In this document: one piece after another, positions 32,831 to 41,651 of the stretch | Position numbering within the stretch: the first letter of the stretch is position 1 | Layout: every line of letters begins with the position of its first letter | Virus record (IMG/VR): IMGVR_UViG_3300050514_000079 | Origin: a virus | Length of the DNA stretch: 47,377 nt | Reading direction: 5' to 3' (one strand) | Notes under the pieces: model-generated | The model's database searches: none | What the model was told of the DNA's origin: nothing | The model's input: the letters and a program-made list of their open reading frames with translations, nothing else | Program-made: the position numbers and the translations under genes

Positions 32831-35283
32831 ACGATTGGGTTGACGTTGGACAGCCCGTGCCGATTCAGGCACAGACGCAGTCACCGATCCTGTCGGCGCC
32901 GAGCGACGAGTGGGTTGATACGAGCAAGCCGACGCGCGTTCCATTCACCTACATGCCTGCGAAGCCAGAGGACTTCAAATTCACGCCTCCGTCCGTTCCG
33001 CCACCTCCAAAGCCGTCCACGGCGCGCAATGTCACATCGCTCATCAACCCTGCTGACAATATGCTCGGTTTCGCGAAAGGCGCGGCTGGCACCGCCTACA
33101 ACATCTACAAGGGTGTCGCGAACGCAGTGCAGGGGAAGCCTGCCGAGACGATCCGCGATCCGAACATCGAAAGTGCGCTGCAAACGCAGACATGGGGCGA
33201 GCAGGCTGGCAAGCTGGAAGAGAACGCTGGAGAGTACATGGCCGGAGAGGGCGCGCTGACCGGTGCTGCGAGAGCGGCTACTGGCGCGACCAAGGTTCCA
33301 CGTGTCCTCTCTGTGGTTGGCAGAGCCGCAGCCGGTGCCACATCGGCGGCAGCCGTCCAAAAAGCGCAAGGTGGGAGCAACACTGATACGGCGATTGCCG
33401 CCGTAGGAGGCGGCGTCCTAGGCCCACTCATCGAAGGTACGGCGGCAGGCGCTAAATGGCTTGGCCTGAAGTTCCAAGCGCGCGCCGTAGGACTCAGCGC
33501 GAAAGATGTTGCGCGCGGTGCGTCACGAGCATCAGAAGCGCCGCTAGCGATGATCGACAGGTTGAACACGTATGGCGTAGCACGTCCGACGCTCGGCGGA
33601 ACGCTCGACGCTACGCAGCAGAAGATCACGTCGCTCGCCAGCGATCTGCGGACACAACTTCGTGCAAGTAACGCGGGTGAGGCGATTCAGCCGTCAGCCC
33701 AGGGCGCCGCCGCTAACGTGTTTGACGCGAGCACTCGCGTCACCACTCAGCCCGCATTGCCTGGCGCTGGCGTCGGTGGCGGCGCGACGGTTGCAAACAC
33801 CGCAGCTCAGCGCGCAGCAGGCGCCGCAGCGCATCGCGCGGAAGTTATCGAGGCGATCAAGGCAGGCCGAGAGATACCAGAGGACGTTGCGCAGCAATAC
33901 CCGGATCTCGCCAACGCGATTCATCTTTCCAAGATACCCGGCCCAAAGGTGGATCTGGCATCGGCTGTCGATCGCGCCGAAGCGGCGATATCCGCCAACG
34001 CTACCCACATGACTCCAGTCGAGATGCAGCAGGCGAAGGCAGCGATTGCTCAATACCGCGCGCATTACGCCAACCTGGAACACGGCCCGATCGTGCCGTT
34101 AGATGATGCACAAAACGCGAAACGTGCGGCTGGGCTCGCAGGGGCATGGGAGTACGGCAAACAGGCGGGCGACAGAGGAATGGAGCGTGTTTCCAACCTC
34201 ATTTTCGGATATCTGCGCGGCGATATTGAGACTGTTGCGGCGACGGCAGGCGTTGATGTGCAGGCCATCAACAAACAACTGAGTGATCTCATGCCGCTTG
34301 AGCAGGCCATGGTCCGCCGCGTGCCTGTCGAAGCGCGGCAGCAGGTGCTCACGTTGACCGATTGGATGCTCGTAGCTACGGGTCATCCCGTCGAAGCGGC
34401 TGCGCGCGTTGGCGGAAAGATGTTCGGCATGGGCGTCGGCGCTGGCCTCGTGAAGGGCGCCTCCGGCATGCGCACCGCGTCGCGTCCGCTGACTGCATCC
34501 GTGCTTGACATTCTTAACGCCAAGAACGACTACCAGCAACAGCACAATACGTTGACGAACATCATTCGCGGCAATCCGACGGGAACGGAAGGCGGCACGT
34601 ACCCGCGGCGCACCGGCTCGGAAGTGGAGTTCCCGCTCCATGGCGAGCGTGACGAGAACGACGCGATGTTTATGCATCGGACGCGGCCAGATGGCGCGCC
34701 GAGGCAGTTTCCCGTTGCGGTCCCGCCGTCAACCTTGCTGCCAGAGCATTTCAAGAACGCGCGCGCCGTGATATACGGCGCTCCGCTTCCTGGTACCGTT
34801 CCCAAGGATTTTCGTGGGCTTTACGGGTTGGAGTTCGAAAGGGCGGCGCGCGCCAAACAGGCAGCCGACAATCAGAACTCGCCAGACAATCCTACCCACA
34901 TCGCGAACACTATCTCCATCGGCAGAGAAGGCACAGACGAGCCAGGAACTTGGGCGCACGAAGTTAACCACGCCGTCTATCAAAAGGATCTGACGCCAGA
35001 GCAACGCGCGGCGTTTGGGCAAATGGTTATGTCGGCGATAACGTCTGCCGTCAAGGCACGCCAAACGGGTGGAGCCGCCGCAGAGCAACAGGTAATCGCC
35101 ACGATTCCGAAGGCCGTTATCGCGTTTGCCAATCAGTACCCCGACAAGCGCGAGCGCGGACTTAATGAGATGTTCGCCGAACTCGGCGCGCAGTACATGC
35201 TCAACCCGCGCGCGTTCAGCGCGAAGTACCCGCAGTGGTACGGTCTGTTCAAACAGTTCTACCGCGGCAAGGAATACAAATAG
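32818..35283 (+). CDS. Large internal/ejection-type protein with a C-terminal HExxH metalloprotease-like motif
   Basis: 821 aa. HEVNH at 34957..34971 in the context GTWAHEVNHAVYQKDL. Confidence 0.5.
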   Translation: MGPVDDWVDVGQPVPIQAQTQSPILSAPSDEWVDTSKPTRVPFTYMPAKPEDFKFTPPSVPPPPKPSTARNVTSLINPADNMLGFAKGAAGTAYNIYKGVANAVQGKPAETIRDPNIESALQTQTWGEQAGKLEENAGEYMAGEGALTGAARAATGATKVPRVLSVVGRAAAGATSAAAVQKAQGGSNTDTAIAAVGGGVLGPLIEGTAAGAKWLGLKFQARAVGLSAKDVARGASRASEAPLAMIDRLNTYGVARPTLGGTLDATQQKITSLASDLRTQLRASNAGEAIQPSAQGAAANVFDASTRVTTQPALPGAGVGGGATVANTAAQRAAGAAAHRAEVIEAIKAGREIPEDVAQQYPDLANAIHLSKIPGPKVDLASAVDRAEAAISANATHMTPVEMQQAKAAIAQYRAHYANLEHGPIVPLDDAQNAKRAAGLAGAWEYGKQAGDRGMERVSNLIFGYLRGDIETVAATAGVDVQAINKQLSDLMPLEQAMVRRVPVEARQQVLTLTDWMLVATGHPVEAAARVGGKMFGMGVGAGLVKGASGMRTASRPLTASVLDILNAKNDYQQQHNTLTNIIRGNPTGTEGGTYPRRTGSEVEFPLHGERDENDAMFMHRTRPDGAPRQFPVAVPPSTLLPEHFKNARAVIYGAPLPGTVPKDFRGLYGLEFERAARAKQAADNQNSPDNPTHIANTISIGREGTDEPGTWAHEVNHAVYQKDLTPEQRAAFGQMVMSAITSAVKARQTGGAAAEQQVIATIPKAVIAFANQYPDKRERGLNEMFAELGAQYMLNPRAFSAKYPQWYGLFKQFYRGKEYK

Positions 35284-35291
35284 GAGGACTT

Positions 35292-35402
35292 GTGCTCGTA
35301 CTGTTCGTGCTGGCCGGATTCAACGTGCCTGCGAAGTGCAGTCTCGGATGGCTCGGTGCGGCGTGTGCGACGCTGGCCTATCTCATTACTCATTGGAAAT
35401 AG
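35292..35402 (+). CDS. 36-aa double-hydrophobic-segment peptide (holin/pinholin-like?)
   Basis: GGAGGA RBS, 3-nt spacer, GTG. MLVLFVLAGFNVPAKCSLGWLGAACATLAYLITHWK. Confidence 0.4.
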   Translation: MLVLFVLAGFNVPAKCSLGWLGAACATLAYLITHWK

Positions 35403-35408
35403 GGACCA

Positions 35409-35783
35409 ATGCCTGATAGACGAGAACCGAAGAATCACCTACCGCTTGCGGCCGTGTGCATTTCGGCAATGGCCTTTCTTCTAGGCCCATGCATGGGTGC
35501 AGGCGTCGCCGTTATCGGAGTCTACGTCAGCAACCAAACGAAGTCCGCCGTCACCGACACAGCCTTGACCACACTTACTAACGAGATGAAGAAAGTCGGC
35601 GATCAGCTCGAAAAGCTGAACGAGAAGATGCAGACGAGCGACAAGGGGAGCGCTCGTTTCGATGCGGAACTAGCTAATCAAAGCAAGCGCATCGACGAAA
35701 TCAAGGGCGTAACCGAGCGACTAGAAGAGCATGACAAACGGCAAGAGAGCATACTGGCTGGGCTGACCGCCGGTAAAAAGTGA
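35409..35783 (+). CDS. Membrane-anchored coiled-coil protein (124 aa)
   Basis: N-terminal TM segment LPLAAVCISAMAFLLGPCMGAGVAVIGVYV followed by a heptad-rich tail. Holin- or spanin-like by topology only. Confidence 0.5.
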   Translation: MPDRREPKNHLPLAAVCISAMAFLLGPCMGAGVAVIGVYVSNQTKSAVTDTALTTLTNEMKKVGDQLEKLNEKMQTSDKGSARFDAELANQSKRIDEIKGVTERLEEHDKRQESILAGLTAGKK

Positions 35784-35791
35784 GGTAGAAG

Positions 35792-36253
35792 ATGAGGAAG
35801 TTGGCTATAGCGTCTGTACTCGTTCTGATGGTCGTTGCCCCGTCCTTCGCTGCGCTGGATCAACGCGGGCTCTTGTGCCCCGCCTGCAAGGTAATCATCG
35901 ACTACGGCGCAGTAGGGGCCGCAGCTTCAGGGTTGCAGAGTGCGTGCGGCGACTCCAACTTTCGGCGCTGCGTCGGCGCCGCCGCGAACTTGGCTGTTAT
36001 CTCGGCCAAGGCTTGCGACACAGAAGTATTCATGTTCACGCACAACGTCCCCATCTCGCAGGCTCAGTTCGATCGCATGAATAAACTGTGGAAGGACTCG
36101 TGTGATCGGGCTGTGCTGATGAACCGATGGCGCGCGCAGATGCTTCATGGCGCGAAGGTGAATGAGGACGACGTGGAACGCCTGCTCAACCTGTGGGCGG
36201 ACGAGATGCAGCGTGTGCCGAGAGAGGTTGCAGAAGGCAAGGTGCCGCGATAA
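35792..36253 (+). CDS. Secreted Cys-rich protein (153 aa)
   Basis: Signal peptide MRKLAIASVLVLMVVAPSFA-AL and eight Cys residues. Confidence 0.55.
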   Translation: MRKLAIASVLVLMVVAPSFAALDQRGLLCPACKVIIDYGAVGAAASGLQSACGDSNFRRCVGAAANLAVISAKACDTEVFMFTHNVPISQAQFDRMNKLWKDSCDRAVLMNRWRAQMLHGAKVNEDDVERLLNLWADEMQRVPREVAEGKVPR

Positions 36254-36618
36254 TGCTGTTGCGGCTTCTCTTGGATGCCGATACCGAACGTCTCAGGCAG
36301 CTCGGCGTCGGCGGCGGCATCGTCGTCATCGTGCTCGGCATGGTGTTCGCCTTTATCCTCAAGTGGCGCGAGGTGAAGAGCCCGCCAGAGTCGGCAGTCT
36401 CAGTCGATGCAACAAACGGCAAAGCTGGCGAACGCGCTACAACGTTTTGGCTCAAGGCGATTCAAGACATCATCGAAGCCATGGACGAGCGGCAGACTGC
36501 GGCTATTGTCGATGAGATCCGCGAGGCCCGTCAGGAATCACTTCGGAAGCAAATCGAGATCCTGGACTGTCTGCGGCGTATCGAGATCGCGGTCGAGCGA
36601 CGGCGGACGGTGCGCTAA
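36253..36618 (+). CDS. Single-pass membrane protein (121 aa)
   Basis: TAATG overlap at 36253. TM segment GGGIVVIVLGMVFAFIL. Last gene of the rightward arm. Confidence 0.5.
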   Translation: MLLRLLLDADTERLRQLGVGGGIVVIVLGMVFAFILKWREVKSPPESAVSVDATNGKAGERATTFWLKAIQDIIEAMDERQTAAIVDEIREARQESLRKQIEILDCLRRIEIAVERRRTVR

Positions 36619-36784
36619 ATCTCCTTCCTGATGCCATTCCGGTGCCTATGTGCGAGACGGTATATGCGCCACCGACCTCCTCGTCGTTGAAGTTGATGCA
36701 GCGCGTTACCGCGAGCCCGCCCTTTGTGTAGAACGCCGTCGTCTCATGCGGGCCATCAATAAGTGCGACAATTACCGTCTTCAT
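36503..36784 (-). CDS. Hypothetical protein (93 aa), tail overlaps the convergent gene
   Basis: The N-terminal half looks coding. The last ~38 codons (Arg/Ser/Pro-rich) are antisense to 36253..36618. Confidence 0.45.
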   Translation of the reverse strand: MKTVIVALIDGPHETTAFYTKGGLAVTRCINFNDEEVGGAYTVSHIGTGMASGRRFSAPSAVARPRSRYAADSPGSRFASEVIPDGPRGSHRQ

Positions 36785-37035
36785 TTCTTCGGCTCAAGCT
36801 GATCCAAGTCGGCGGTGGAGTTCTGCACGGTTGCGGCGGTCACAACTTTCTCGGCGGCATCCTTGTAATCGACCAAATCGTCCGCGTACTTCTCGTTCAA
36901 TTCGGCTTCCGCCTCCATCTCTTGCCTGACTGCCGACATGCTGCGATCAAGCGCGAGTTTGCGAAGGGATGCAGCGCGCCGCCTGTGTAGCTCGGCCATA
37001 ATGGAGCGGCGCGTCAAGTCGTAATCAGCGCGCAT
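36781..37035 (-). CDS. Hypothetical helical protein (84 aa)
   Basis: Coupled at both ends (TGATG and ATGA). Confidence 0.55.
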   Translation of the reverse strand: MRADYDLTRRSIMAELHRRRAASLRKLALDRSMSAVRQEMEAEAELNEKYADDLVDYKDAAEKVVTAATVQNSTADLDQLEPKK

Positions 37036-37349
37036 CAGCCAACCGTCTTCTTAGTCCACAACAGCCTATCGATTTCAGCCGCGATGAGAGCACCTGCCTT
37101 GGTGAGTTCCCGAATTCGATCATCAGGTGTCGGTTTCCACGCCTTCTGATCAAACGGCCAATCATCAGGAGTCGCACCGTCGCGCTTGACTAAGCCTCGA
37201 TACAAGCGGTATTCGTCAGGCAATGCGTAGACTGCGCCTGCGCGTGCTAGTTGGCCTTTCGCATGGAAATGGTCGTGATCTTCGGTCCACCCCTCGTCGT
37301 TGATCTGCCGTTCGCGTTCAGCAGCGATGAGCGTGATGCTGTCCCTCAT
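37035..37349 (-). CDS. Conserved-looking phage protein (104 aa), function unknown
   Basis: ERERQINDEGWT...KAGALIAAEIDRL pattern. ATGA coupling. Confidence 0.6.
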   Translation of the reverse strand: MRDSITLIAAERERQINDEGWTEDHDHFHAKGQLARAGAVYALPDEYRLYRGLVKRDGATPDDWPFDQKAWKPTPDDRIRELTKAGALIAAEIDRLLWTKKTVG

Positions 37350-37621
37350 TTCGCCGCCTTCGCTTTCTTCGGTTCGGCTGTCGGCTTCGGCTGCCGAGGA
37401 CCGCGCTTGCGGGAGGATTCGAAGCTGATCTTGACCTTCGGCGTGCTTTCGACGGACTTCGTGATGACGCCGGACGTGTCTTCCAGGATGCGATACTCGC
37501 CGGCTGGATAGCGATCTTCGGCGAGCGCTTTGCGGGCGTCGGTGATCGTGCCTGGGAACAATTCGGCATCGGCTGTTGCCATTACACCATCGGTTACCTT
37601 GCAGATGTAGAACGTCTTCAT
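37346..37621 (-). CDS. Hypothetical protein with a Lys-rich tail (91 aa)
   Basis: GAGGAGGAAG RBS upstream of the ATG at 37621. Confidence 0.6.
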   Translation of the reverse strand: MKTFYICKVTDGVMATADAELFPGTITDARKALAEDRYPAGEYRILEDTSGVITKSVESTPKVKISFESSRKRGPRQPKPTAEPKKAKAAK

Positions 37622-38032
37622 GTGCTTCCTCCTCGTCGATTCACTCAGTGCTTGACTGTGGACCATTTCAGGCTCTCGACTCTCTGGCGTTCCGGACCAT
37701 CCAGCGCCGAGCGTAGAGGCGACTATTAGTCCGCGATGCGGGCAATTGCTGTCAGCGTCGCTTACGGCATGTCAATCCACGCTGCCGCAGCCAAGCATTC
37801 AATGAACCGAACCGGAGACGGCAGCCGCGGCGTAATCGGCAGCGGATGGCCGCATGACGCACCAGCGACCGGATGTTGCGGCGGCTACCGCTCCGCTGGA
37901 TACCCGTGAGAGAAAACGCGTTTCAGTGGCACCGATCCCGCGGCTTCTGCTACGCGAAAGAGCACAGGCATCCAGCGCAGCGGGCGATTCGGACGGAAGG
38001 CAGACGGACCCGAATCGCGCGCCGTGCATGGG

Positions 38033-38359
38033 TTACTCTTCGGCCTCTCCCTCGCCGCCTTCTTCGCCTTTGGATGCTTTCTTGATCTTGTAGTTGACCG
38101 ACTCCTTGTACTTCACGACGACTTTGTAATCGCCGCGCTTGTAGACGATGACCTTCTCGCCCTTCTCGTTTTCTTCCTGGTCGAGTTGATCTTCGTTCGC
38201 GTGCATCACCTCGGACAGTTTCGCGACGAGATTACTCAGCTCGTCGTTCAGGCCGTTGATGATGGTGCGCTTCTCGTCGGCTTTTGCTGCGGCGCGCTCG
38301 ATTGCGTGGATGCGCTTCCGTTCGGTGCCGGGGATTTCGGTCTGCTCTGCTTTCGCCAT
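38033..38359 (-). CDS. Hypothetical protein with an acidic C-terminal tail (108 aa)
   Basis: GGAGGAG RBS. Followed by a 9-bp hairpin (37984..38018). Confidence 0.6.
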   Translation of the reverse strand: MAKAEQTEIPGTERKRIHAIERAAAKADEKRTIINGLNDELSNLVAKLSEVMHANEDQLDQEENEKGEKVIVYKRGDYKVVVKYKESVNYKIKKASKGEEGGEGEAEE

Positions 38360-38368
38360 CGTCTCCTC

Positions 38369-38524
38369 CTACCGCACGCGAACGTGCTTGGCGTGAATGC
38401 GCTTGTTGCCCTGATTGCGGATGGTGCTGCCCGCCTTGATGTTCTCGCCGCACTTATCGCAGATCGTTGCCTTCCGAGCCGTGCGGATGGCCCATGAAGC
38501 GTAGTCCGGTTTCGAGAGTGCCAT
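38369..38524 (-). CDS. 51-aa zinc-ribbon-like protein
   Basis: AAGGAA RBS then ATG at 38524. MALSKPDYASWAIRTARKATICDKCGENIKAGSTIRNQGNKRIHAKHVRVR. High GC3 by hand count. Below the track cut-off. Confidence 0.5.
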   Translation of the reverse strand: MALSKPDYASWAIRTARKATICDKCGENIKAGSTIRNQGNKRIHAKHVRVR

Positions 38525-38762
38525 TGCTTCGTTCCTTTCGGAGTTGAAGAATACACCCTTTCAACTCGGTGTCAACTACTACGCCTTCTACTGCACACCG
38601 CCCCGCCGAAACGGGCGAGCGTCGAAACGCCTCGGTTGCATCGCTTGGCTCAACGGTCATGTTGTAGTTCACGCCAGCACCCTGGAGCCATTCGGTGACG
38701 GCCTCGCGCACGGCCTTCTCCTGTGCCTCATTGACGTAGACGCTGATGCGGACCTCGCTCAC
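38454..38762 (-). CDS. Hypothetical protein (102 aa); 3' third overlaps the 51-aa ORF
   Basis: GTG overlaps the upstream TGA. The 5' two-thirds look coding, and the tail is in a lower-GC3 frame. Confidence 0.45.
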   Translation of the reverse strand: MSEVRISVYVNEAQEKAVREAVTEWLQGAGVNYNMTVEPSDATEAFRRSPVSAGRCAVEGVVVDTELKGCILQLRKERSNGTLETGLRFMGHPHGSEGNDLR

Positions 38763-39073
38763 GGCTTCGGCTCCGTCGAAGTAGACGGCGCGGCGGCAAG
38801 GACCGGCACGGGCGGCTTCTGGAAGTCGTCGGCCTTTAGTTCGTTCACCGTCTCGCTGATCGTCTGATTGATCAATGGCGCGAGCGATGGATTGTTTTGC
38901 CCGACGATGACGCCACCTAGTGCGAGCACGGCCGCAGTCAGATCGAACACGGTCGAGTGCCGCTGCTCGTTCGTTGTGCCCGGCGTGTTCTGATCGCGGA
39001 AGGCGTGGACGAACTGCGGGAGGAGTGCGAATGCGAGGGCGATTGCGGAGGCTCTGTTCTGGTTCTGTGCCAT
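38759..39073 (-). CDS. Two-TM membrane protein (104 aa)
   Basis: ASAIALAFALLPQFV and VFDLTAAVLALGGVIVG hydrophobic segments. Holin-like topology only. Confidence 0.5.
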   Translation of the reverse strand: MAQNQNRASAIALAFALLPQFVHAFRDQNTPGTTNEQRHSTVFDLTAAVLALGGVIVGQNNPSLAPLINQTISETVNELKADDFQKPPVPVLAAAPSTSTEPKP

Positions 39074-39101
39074 TGTCTTATTCCTTTCTTCGTTCGGTGC
39101 T

Positions 39102-39317
39102 CTACTTTGCGAGCGCGGCGCGGACTGCGGCATCCTTCGCTTCCAGCAGTTTGCGAAGCGCAACGGTTCGCTCCGGGTTGCGTGGCAACGAAAGGTTGTT
39201 GCCGTCTTCGGAGACGATGCTGTTGGCGAGATCCGCAAATGGCTTGGAGATCAGTTGCAGAGACGCCGGCAAATGTGCGTACGCGAAAAACTGCATGATG
39301 TGTTCGGGCTGATCCAT
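39102..39317 (-). CDS. Small conserved-looking phage protein (71 aa)
   Basis: MDQPEHIMQFFAYAHLP...LRKLLEAKDAAVRA. Confidence 0.55.
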   Translation of the reverse strand: MDQPEHIMQFFAYAHLPASLQLISKPFADLANSIVSEDGNNLSLPRNPERTVALRKLLEAKDAAVRAALAK

Positions 39318-39399
39318 CTTCCTTCTCCTCCTGCCGGTCAACCGGCTGTTACTTGCTCACCTTGGCGGCGGAATAGCCTCCAGCGTAAGCGGTTAGCGC

Positions 39400-39867
39400 T
39401 CATCGCCATCCGCCCTTCTTCACATACTCCGCGACCGTCCATCGCTCCTCATCGCTCATCTCCCCCAACTGCGTCATGCTGCCCCACGTGCCGCCCGCGA
39501 CGTATGCGATCGTCCCAACGCTGAACTCGTCCCGCACGTCCGGACGGTCAAGCGGCGGGCCTGTCACGGCGTTCCCATACGCGCGAATCGCGACGAGCGC
39601 GCCTTCGCCACGTGAGCCGTGGCACGGGGCGCATCGCGTCGCGTACACTGCTCGCCCCTTCGCAAGATCGACCGGGTACGGGTTCGGGCGCGATGCGATG
39701 GCGTCGATGGCTTGGATGCGCGTGAGGATCGGCGAGTGAGGCAGTTCGTGAGCCCGCGCGGCGTAGTACGCGGTGAGGCGGTCCATGTAGTCGTTGAGCG
39801 CGATGGGCGACTGCGCGTGCGATGCGCAGGAGAGGGCGAGGAGCGAGAGGATGGCGAGACGAATCAT
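39400..39867 (-). CDS. Exported class-I c-type cytochrome
   Basis: Signal peptide MIRLAILSLLALSCASHA-QS. Haem motif CAPCH (39619..39633) in G..VY...CAPCHG..GEG. Distal Met in GSMTQLG. C-terminal SDEERWTVAEYV. Confidence 0.8.
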   Translation of the reverse strand: MIRLAILSLLALSCASHAQSPIALNDYMDRLTAYYAARAHELPHSPILTRIQAIDAIASRPNPYPVDLAKGRAVYATRCAPCHGSRGEGALVAIRAYGNAVTGPPLDRPDVRDEFSVGTIAYVAGGTWGSMTQLGEMSDEERWTVAEYVKKGGWR

Positions 39868-40073
39868 GGAATACGTCCATCGCTCAGCCAATAGTGGAGA
39901 TCCTTCGCGCGTTCGGGCTTTAGCGTTACAGTCACATCGACAAATGCGGGGTTGCGGCGCGATATGATGTTCACCGTCAAGGAGCCGTCCGCGCCCGTCT
40001 CGAAAGAGATGCGCGTTGGCTCGTCGGTGAATGATAATGACCCTGTGCTTTTGATTGGCTCCACCTGTCTCAT
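39864..40073 (-). CDS. Hypothetical protein (69 aa)
   Basis: ATGA coupling at both ends. Confidence 0.5.
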   Translation of the reverse strand: MRQVEPIKSTGSLSFTDEPTRISFETGADGSLTVNIISRRNPAFVDVTVTLKPERAKDLHYWLSDGRIP

Positions 40074-40390
40074 GATCTGCTCACCGTCGCCCTCTTGCGC
40101 TTCTCGGCGCGATGCTCCCGGCTGAATTCTTCACAGAAGTCAGCTATCTCGCGCAGGCAAACTTGTTCGTAAACGGTCTGCTGGCACGGAAAGAACGCAT
40201 AACCGCGCCAGCGCCCAAACCATTTGACCGTTCCAAGCACTATGCTGTCCGCTTCTGGCGAGGAAACGTTGTTAACCTGAACGCGATAGATGTGCGTTTT
40301 CTGTCCGCGTGGCACGCCTTCATCAACGAATACGATGAACGTTCCGAACTTAACCGGAACCTCGCTCGCAAACACCCTCGGCTTGCTCAT
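40070..40390 (-). CDS. Conserved-looking phage protein (106 aa)
   Basis: KTHIYRVQV...LGTVKWFGRWRGYAFFP pattern. Confidence 0.55.
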   Translation of the reverse strand: MSKPRVFASEVPVKFGTFIVFVDEGVPRGQKTHIYRVQVNNVSSPEADSIVLGTVKWFGRWRGYAFFPCQQTVYEQVCLREIADFCEEFSREHRAEKRKRATVSRS

Positions 40391-40427
40391 GAGTGCGTCC
40401 TGTAGAACTGCCGGTACTTCTCGGCTA

Positions 40428-41651
40428 TCATCTGCCCGCCGCCCTTCTTCGTCGCGTGTGATAGCGGATCACCGTCTGCACGTCGCGCCCGATCTCGGTC
40501 AACTCCAGCCCCTTGCCGCCGCGCCACCAATCCTTATAGAACTTGAGCCACTGCTGCTGAAGAAAGCAAATGCACTGCGGCGGCTCGACGAACACGCCCA
40601 ACACGAAGTCGAGCCACTCAGCTATGTCGTCATCGGCGATCTCGGTTATGCCCCACGGTTCGTCCGGCTCAAGCAAGTCCACGAACTCACGAACGCGCGA
40701 CGGAGGCCCGTACGGATGGAACGTGACGAACTCGGACACTCGAATTCCGAGCCGCTTCTCCTCAGCGCGACACCGCCGCATGATGTCCGCACCGTCATGT
40801 TCGCCGAAGATGACGCGCGCGGCTGGTCGAACGTGGTACAGGCCGCTCAGATACGGGAGCACGTAGTCTGGATAGATTTGCTCCCGCACTACGTCCTGGC
40901 CGCCCGGAAAGTTCGCGCCGTCGAAGCGGATCGGCAGATAGCACATGTCGTTACCGAACTCGTTGCCGGGGCCATGGAACCGCACGCGTTCGGGTCCGAA
41001 GTGCTCACCGATCTTCTGGCCAGCCGTGAGCATGAAATCGGGATCGACGCGCGGCACCGTCTCGGGCTTGAGCATCCAAGAGCGGTCTCCTGTGATCGCG
41101 TCTGCGGCCTCATGCCCCTTCGCGCCGTACGCGTGCTCGCCGGTTGCGGCGATAGGATCGTCCCGGGACCATGTGCGGCTTTGCTCGGCGCGGTAGTACC
41201 TGGCAAAGTGGTTGACGTGCGTGTCGGCGATGTCATGCACCTCGACAGTCAACGCTCCCGCAGGATTGTCTGTCGCGCGCGCGCGTTCAAACACGGCGCG
41301 TATCTGCTTCTCCGTCAACTTCGCCTGCGTCGCCAGCCACCACGCCGCCCCGCCGTCGATACCGGGCCTGAGCACCGGCAGCCCGCCCGTCGCATACGCT
41401 GGCGCATTCGAGGGGTTGAGATAATTGAGGATGCCCGCCGCTGTGAAGCAGTCAACGTGGCCGTCTGTTAGCTCTGGCACGAACTTGTCGGGCTCAGGAA
41501 ACATCTGGCCGAGGTCAGGAGTGACGCGGGCGAGGGTGACCGCGAAGTCATCATGCAGGGAGACGTACGATTCCAGCGGCGCGACGGCTGGACGACCCAC
41601 GTTCGGATCGGGCGGTTCGGGGACGGTGCAGACGCCCAGACGGGTGATCAT
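40428..41651 (-). CDS. Possible TIM-barrel glycoside-hydrolase-like enzyme
   Basis: 407 aa. GPGNEF (Asn-Glu) and GITEIADD about 105 residues apart resemble clan GH-A acid/base and nucleophile strands. Weak, by eye only. Confidence 0.3.
   Translation of the reverse strand: MITRLGVCTVPEPPDPNVGRPAVAPLESYVSLHDDFAVTLARVTPDLGQMFPEPDKFVPELTDGHVDCFTAAGILNYLNPSNAPAYATGGLPVLRPGIDGGAAWWLATQAKLTEKQIRAVFERARATDNPAGALTVEVHDIADTHVNHFARYYRAEQSRTWSRDDPIAATGEHAYGAKGHEAADAITGDRSWMLKPETVPRVDPDFMLTAGQKIGEHFGPERVRFHGPGNEFGNDMCYLPIRFDGANFPGGQDVVREQIYPDYVLPYLSGLYHVRPAARVIFGEHDGADIMRRCRAEEKRLGIRVSEFVTFHPYGPPSRVREFVDLLEPDEPWGITEIADDDIAEWLDFVLGVFVEPPQCICFLQQQWLKFYKDWWRGGKGLELTEIGRDVQTVIRYHTRRRRAAGR

Noticed and set aside
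37622-38032. ~410-nt gap between leftward operons, considered as a third ncRNA island.
   Set aside because: It contains a 9-bp hairpin right after the upstream stop (37984..38018) and a TTGACA box, which fits an ordinary terminator-plus-promoter spacer. No long-range complements or repeats were seen.
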